Positions 59,472-64,000 of a DNA stretch of 64,000 nucleotides are shown here, piece by piece. The notes under the pieces were generated by a model. It searched no databases and was not told the origin of the DNA. It saw only the letters and a program-made list of their open reading frames with translations. Origin of the DNA: a virus. The stretch is from positions 1 through 64,000 of IMG/VR virus record IMGVR_UViG_3300009163_003337; one strand, written 5' to 3'. A program made the translations under genes and the position numbers. How positions within the stretch are numbered: the first letter of the stretch is position 1; every line of letters begins with the position of its first letter.

Positions 59472-60335
59472 ATGGGTGACGAGAAATATAAAGTAGGTGT
59501 AGGCATTATAACGTGTAATCGGCCTGAATATTTGTATAACTTGTTAAATAGTATTAGACCATCGTGTGCTGTTGATGAGCTTGTAATAGTTAACGATGGT
59601 GGAAATATTCCAGGACCTAGTTTTACATCTACCTGTCCTGTTACCTATCTCAGGAACGTAACTAATTTAGGAGTAGGCAAATCAAAAAACAGAGCTATTC
59701 AGCGTCTTTTAGATGAAAAGTGTGATTATATCTTCATTATCGAAGATGATACAATTGTGCTAGATCTTGAAATATTCGACAAATATATTGAAGCAAGTAA
59801 AGAAACAGGTATACAGCACTTTAATTTTGGACCTGGTACACCATTTAATAGAAAGCAAACGATTACTAATTATGATCTACATAATAGACATTTGTTAGAT
59901 AATGAATCTAAACCTAATCCTAAGGTTACTATTGAATATCCTAATGATGTTAAGATTGATCTATATGAACACGTAGCAGGAGTATTTAGCTTTTTTACAA
60001 AAGAGATACTACAAAGTGTAGGCTTACACGATGATAGATTTTATAATGCGTGGGAACATGTTGACCATACATTTAGGATAATAAAGGCTGAAGGTCATCC
60101 ACCGTTTTGGTGGTTTGCTGATATACACGATAGTGTAAAATATTTGAGTATACCATCCGATTCTATTGATAGGAGCACGACATCGAACAATCAAGAAGAA
60201 TGGTTTAAAAATATAAACGCTGGAAGAGAGATATATCATAATATACACGGCTTTTATCCAAATATGTGTCCGCATACTAGTAAAGAAGATGTTATTAAAA
60301 CTCTTAAAAGTATAAAATCTAAATGGACGATCTAA
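59472..60335 (+). CDS. GT2 glycosyltransferase
   Basis: +IT.NRP..L, +VNDG, N.GV..KN, FIIEDD, VG..D..F, EH.D. Confidence 0.88.
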   Translation: MGDEKYKVGVGIITCNRPEYLYNLLNSIRPSCAVDELVIVNDGGNIPGPSFTSTCPVTYLRNVTNLGVGKSKNRAIQRLLDEKCDYIFIIEDDTIVLDLEIFDKYIEASKETGIQHFNFGPGTPFNRKQTITNYDLHNRHLLDNESKPNPKVTIEYPNDVKIDLYEHVAGVFSFFTKEILQSVGLHDDRFYNAWEHVDHTFRIIKAEGHPPFWWFADIHDSVKYLSIPSDSIDRSTTSNNQEEWFKNINAGREIYHNIHGFYPNMCPHTSKEDVIKTLKSIKSKWTI

Positions 60336-61072
60336 CTTTAATTACCTGTTCTTATAATACACCTGATATAACACTAACAATGTTAAAGTCATGGATGTAT
60401 ATTCATAATAGAACGCAGCGACTTATTATTGTTGACAACTCAACAAATAGTGATACACGAGGCTTGCTATACGATCACAAAGTTCCATACACAACACACC
60501 CAGGAATGAGTCACGGTGATGGGGTTAATGAGGCTTTAAAGTTATGTAAAACAAAATATGCTTTACTTGTTGACACTGATGTTATATTCTTAAAAGATCA
60601 CAGTTCTATTTTTCAGCAATTCAAGGATATGGATTTGTCTATTATGGGTAAGGTAGAAGGTGACCGAGGCGGTAAATCTATCTATAATAGAGTCAATCCA
60701 TGGCATTGCTTTATTGATGTAGAAAAAATTAAACAACATAATATTACTTTCTTTGACGAGGAAAGAATGAAAGACAGTTTTAAGACTGATAAGATATATG
60801 ATATTGGATCTACATTTTTAGAAGATATTAAAAAGCATAACCTTAAAATTGGTAATGTAGATCTTTCAACTAGTTACTATATACACTTAGAGGGTATGAG
60901 TTGGTATAAAAATAAATTTGATGGTACTAAAGAAGATACAGGTATTGACTTTGGCGGTACACACAACAACCCTGCCTATGTAAGTGCTTATGAACAAAAA
61001 CACCAAGCTTTTCAAAACATAAAACAGCAATACGAGGGTGTTAAAATCTCAGATAAATTTATATATGAGTGA
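60323..61072 (+). CDS. GT2-like glycosyltransferase
   Basis: SYNT, IIVDNS, HG.G+N.A, LLVDTDV. Confidence 0.82.
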   Translation: MDDLTLITCSYNTPDITLTMLKSWMYIHNRTQRLIIVDNSTNSDTRGLLYDHKVPYTTHPGMSHGDGVNEALKLCKTKYALLVDTDVIFLKDHSSIFQQFKDMDLSIMGKVEGDRGGKSIYNRVNPWHCFIDVEKIKQHNITFFDEERMKDSFKTDKIYDIGSTFLEDIKKHNLKIGNVDLSTSYYIHLEGMSWYKNKFDGTKEDTGIDFGGTHNNPAYVSAYEQKHQAFQNIKQQYEGVKISDKFIYE

Positions 61073-61868
61073 TATAACTTTTATTATACATCTACGTAAG
61101 GATACTGAGGAACGTGCTAAAAATGTAGATATAGTTATTGAATACTATAAAAATATACTACCTACTTGTAAATTTATAGTTATTGAAGACGATAAAATAC
61201 AAAATTTTAAATACTTAAAAGTTGATACAAGGATTCAATATATTCATTTTTATAATGAAGGTCAACATAACAAATGTAAAGGTTACAATATTGGGTTAAA
61301 TAGTTGTGAAACTACTATTATGTGTTTTCTTGATATTGACTGTATTGTAAGTAAGCAGAATATTGAAAAAGCCATTAACACGCTTGAGAATACAGACGGT
61401 TTATGTATAGGTTATAATGGTACTGCTATATATTTTAACTATACAGTTAAAGATAGGATAACTGATGCTACAGAATCTTTATATGACTTTTTAGAAACAT
61501 TTGTTGATACTGTTAATATACGTACTGGTTATGCAAATGAGTTTTATCATGTTGCTAACACAAGAGCTGTAGGTGGTATGTTATTAGGCTACAACCATAT
61601 TTTTAAAAATATTGGAGGGTTTAATCCTAACTTTAAAGGCTGGGGATACGAAGATAATGAAATAATAGTTCGTGCAAGAAAATTAAAAATACCTATCTAC
61701 TCTATCAACACCCCCAAACCATTTTTATTTCACCTACCGCACATTAGTGATGAAAATAAAAATAAAGAAGATACACATGCGTCATATAGACTTAATGAGC
61801 AAGAGTATTTAAAAATAACTAGATTTAGTTTAGAGCAGACGTTAGAATATATAAAATCTTGGAAATAA
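61065..61868 (+). CDS. GT2/GT7-like (galactosyltransferase C-terminal motif) glycosyltransferase
   Basis: N.G, FLDID and GGFNPNF.GWG.ED.E. Confidence 0.85.
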   Translation: MSDITFIIHLRKDTEERAKNVDIVIEYYKNILPTCKFIVIEDDKIQNFKYLKVDTRIQYIHFYNEGQHNKCKGYNIGLNSCETTIMCFLDIDCIVSKQNIEKAINTLENTDGLCIGYNGTAIYFNYTVKDRITDATESLYDFLETFVDTVNIRTGYANEFYHVANTRAVGGMLLGYNHIFKNIGGFNPNFKGWGYEDNEIIVRARKLKIPIYSINTPKPFLFHLPHISDENKNKEDTHASYRLNEQEYLKITRFSLEQTLEYIKSWK

Positions 61869-61869
61869 T

Positions 61870-62721
61870 ATGATTACAACTTTAAAAGGAATAGGCATGC
61901 CGTTTAATTATGAACACTCTTCGTGTTCAGATTTAATACCGAAAGACTTTAAATGGTCTCCCTGGTACGGTGATTATAATGTATATATTGATCATGGTAT
62001 GAAGAACCGAACACCAGATCTAAGTATAGATAAAGAAAGGCGGTTTGGATGGGTATGCGAATCTAAATTCGTAATTCCTGATGTATATAACTGGTTAGTT
62101 AAGAATCACGAAATTTTATTTGATAAGTATTTTTATAAAATTTTTACGTGTGAGCAAGAATTATTAAGTTTAAATAATAATTTTGTATATGCTTATTCAG
62201 GAAGTAATTATCCATGGATCAAGAAAGAATTGTGGATGGTTTATCCGAAATCAAAATTATGTTCTATGTTTTGTTCACATAAAATTATAACAGATGAGCA
62301 TGTATATAGGCATAAAGTAGCAAGGTATGCAATGTCAAAAAATATAGATGTTTATGGTGGTATAGTATCAACACCGCGCTCACATCTAGCTTTATGGGAT
62401 ACTAAAATTGACGGTATACGAGATTATATGTTTCATATAGTAGTTGAAAACGGTGTTACGGAGAATTATTTTACTGAAAAATTTACTGACTCCATAGCAG
62501 CAGGTGCGATACCCGTTTATAGAGGATCATCAAAAGTTTTAGAGATATTTGATCCTAACGGTATTATTGTACTCGAACCAGGCAAAGAAGAAGAAATTAT
62601 TAACAGCCTAACACCTGAACTATATAATACGAAGTTACAATTTGTACAAAAAAATCTAGACATTCTAAGAACACTAAAAACGTCAGATGATTATTTGTTT
62701 GATTGTATTAAAGCATTATGA
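61870..62721 (+). CDS. GT10 alpha-1,3-fucosyltransferase-like protein
   Basis: K...+.DY.F.IV.EN....Y.TEK..D...AG.IPVY.G. Confidence 0.85.
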   Translation: MITTLKGIGMPFNYEHSSCSDLIPKDFKWSPWYGDYNVYIDHGMKNRTPDLSIDKERRFGWVCESKFVIPDVYNWLVKNHEILFDKYFYKIFTCEQELLSLNNNFVYAYSGSNYPWIKKELWMVYPKSKLCSMFCSHKIITDEHVYRHKVARYAMSKNIDVYGGIVSTPRSHLALWDTKIDGIRDYMFHIVVENGVTENYFTEKFTDSIAAGAIPVYRGSSKVLEIFDPNGIIVLEPGKEEEIINSLTPELYNTKLQFVQKNLDILRTLKTSDDYLFDCIKAL

Positions 62722-63287
62722 AGACATTATTTACTACATTTTATTACGATTATAATGATACTATGTATTATAAAAAATCTGCTGAAGCTCTCAAACAAAC
62801 AATTGAAAAGTTAGGCGGTCAAATATTAGTACATGCACCTAAGCTTAATGGTACGTATAATGATAACTGCTTACTTAAACCATCAATTATTCTCGAGACA
62901 CTTAAAACACAAAAGTGTAATATTATTTGGATAGATGCAGATTGTATAGTTAATAGTTTACCTACTGAAATGGATAATATTAATTATGATATGGCAGCTA
63001 TAACGAGAATACATGATATGAAGACACCTCACAGTGCGTTAATATTTTTTAAATATAGTGATGAAGTAATCTCGTTCGTTAATGACTGGATGTTAAAATG
63101 TAATGAGAAGCAGCAAGAAGCTAAAGATGGTAAATATAAAGGAGGTGATCATCATTTATTAATTGAGACGTTACGTGAACGTAAGGATATAAAATGTGCA
63201 ATGTTACAACCAACTGTAGCCTGCTCTGTAAATAAAAATGTAAAGGTGTTTATTAATATAAGCCCGGGTGGTCAACAGGGATTTTAA
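62718..63287 (+). CDS. Nucleotide-diphospho-sugar transferase (GT-A)
   Basis: KP..IL..L, IIWIDAD, S.+I+F, D+..L. Confidence 0.75.
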   Translation: MKTLFTTFYYDYNDTMYYKKSAEALKQTIEKLGGQILVHAPKLNGTYNDNCLLKPSIILETLKTQKCNIIWIDADCIVNSLPTEMDNINYDMAAITRIHDMKTPHSALIFFKYSDEVISFVNDWMLKCNEKQQEAKDGKYKGGDHHLLIETLRERKDIKCAMLQPTVACSVNKNVKVFINISPGGQQGF

Positions 63288-63288
63288 T

Positions 63289-64000
63289 ATGAGTGAGTTA
63301 ACCATAACACATAACTCTGGCTTTTTTTCATGCTGCTCGGTTAGATTATATGATATTATAAATTTTTTTAACACACAAAAACGTCTACCGTCAACGATAA
63401 ATTCAAGCTTTCAATTTGCTTCGTACAAAATTAATCCATACGACCCTAACGAAGATTTAAATTCATTACTATTTAAAGGTACGCAATCCAATAATATTGA
63501 GTATGTTGAAGAGATTGATTATCATCACAATCACCAATTTACAGTATACAATCAACTCGATCTTAAAAATATAACACCATTCATTTATAAGTATTTTAGC
63601 CTGAGTGACGATATTGAAAAGTATAATAAAAAATTAGAAGAAAAATATAATATAGAATACGATAATACGGTTTCAGTCTTTTATCGTGGTAACGATAAAT
63701 CAACCGAGACAGGAATTGCATCCTATACAGAATTCTTTAATAAGTGTCAGCAAATTTACGAAAAGAATAACCAAATTAGATTTCTTATTCAAACTGATGA
63801 AGTAGAATTTAGAGATGAATTTCAACAAAATTTCAAACATTCGTTTTTCTTTCAAGAGATGCCTTGTATAAGAAGTAATAAAAATATAGCTTTACAACAT
63901 ATAATAAGCCCCGACCAAAGACATAAGTTTGCTCAGAGAATTTTAAGCTCAACAAGCATTGTATCTAAGTGTAATCACCTCGTTACACATTCAGGTAACT
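63289..64000 (+). CDS. Fucosyltransferase-like protein (NodZ/GT23/GT11 group), truncated by the window end
   Basis: Read by hand: MSELTITHNSGFFSCCSVRL..., VFYRGNDK, +QTD; open to base 64000. Confidence 0.7.
   Translation, partial: MSELTITHNSGFFSCCSVRLYDIINFFNTQKRLPSTINSSFQFASYKINPYDPNEDLNSLLFKGTQSNNIEYVEEIDYHHNHQFTVYNQLDLKNITPFIYKYFSLSDDIEKYNKKLEEKYNIEYDNTVSVFYRGNDKSTETGIASYTEFFNKCQQIYEKNNQIRFLIQTDEVEFRDEFQQNFKHSFFFQEMPCIRSNKNIALQHIISPDQRHKFAQRILSSTSIVSKCNHLVTHSGN

Noticed and set aside
2994-60275. The many short antisense or nested ORFs in the track (e.g. 2994-3263, 23239-23502, 34613-34936)
   Set aside because: They lie inside well-supported genes, have no motifs or promoters, and are expected shadow ORFs.
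1-64000. Alternative genetic code (stop-codon reassignment)
   Set aside because: Standard-code ORFs are long and tile densely; TAA, TAG and TGA all end genes. Only one in-frame stop was seen.
1-64000. CRISPR array, tRNA or rRNA genes
   Set aside because: No regularly spaced repeats or cloverleaf-like segments noticed, and gaps are mostly short. A tRNAscan-SE run would be needed to be sure.

Overview
A 64 kb, AT-rich piece of a large T4-like (myovirus) phage genome. There are four blocks. (1) About 0.2-21.5 kb, + strand: baseplate and tail genes (gp25, a frameshifted gp6, several giant wedge-like proteins, Mtd_N/collar fibres, a lectin-domain protein). (2) About 21.5-46.5 kb, mostly - strand: replication and recombination genes (primase, RNase H, clamp, gp32, gp41, UvsX, frameshifted gp43, gp46/47, gp55, UvsW, UvsY), with two glycosyltransferases, a class-II glutamine amidotransferase and QueC mixed in. 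(3) About 46.5-58 kb: a + strand late cluster of unusual enzymes, plus folE, queD, queE, phoH, a denV-like gene and a kinase. (4) About 59.5-64 kb: six glycosyltransferases in a row. Main signals not explained by routine annotation: about 13 late genes share an N-terminal capsid-targeting/prohead-protease-like motif, and they include a nucleotidyltransferase, an HxGH transferase, a PD-(D/E)xK nuclease and an aspartic protease, suggesting a packaged and injected enzyme set. An 88-nt remnant preserves only the two ends of a paralogue of that nuclease. The 7-deazaguanine pathway has a QueC lacking its Zn ligands, a stand-alone amidotransferase and no dpdA in view. A trypsin-like protease is fused to a baseplate-region protein. 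Promoters sit almost on the start codons (near-leaderless), and there is a recurring GGAAC-N5-TAWWAT promoter-like motif. Four point lesions, two in clearly essential genes, suggest the assembly has errors. All calls are from motif recognition by eye; no database searches were run.
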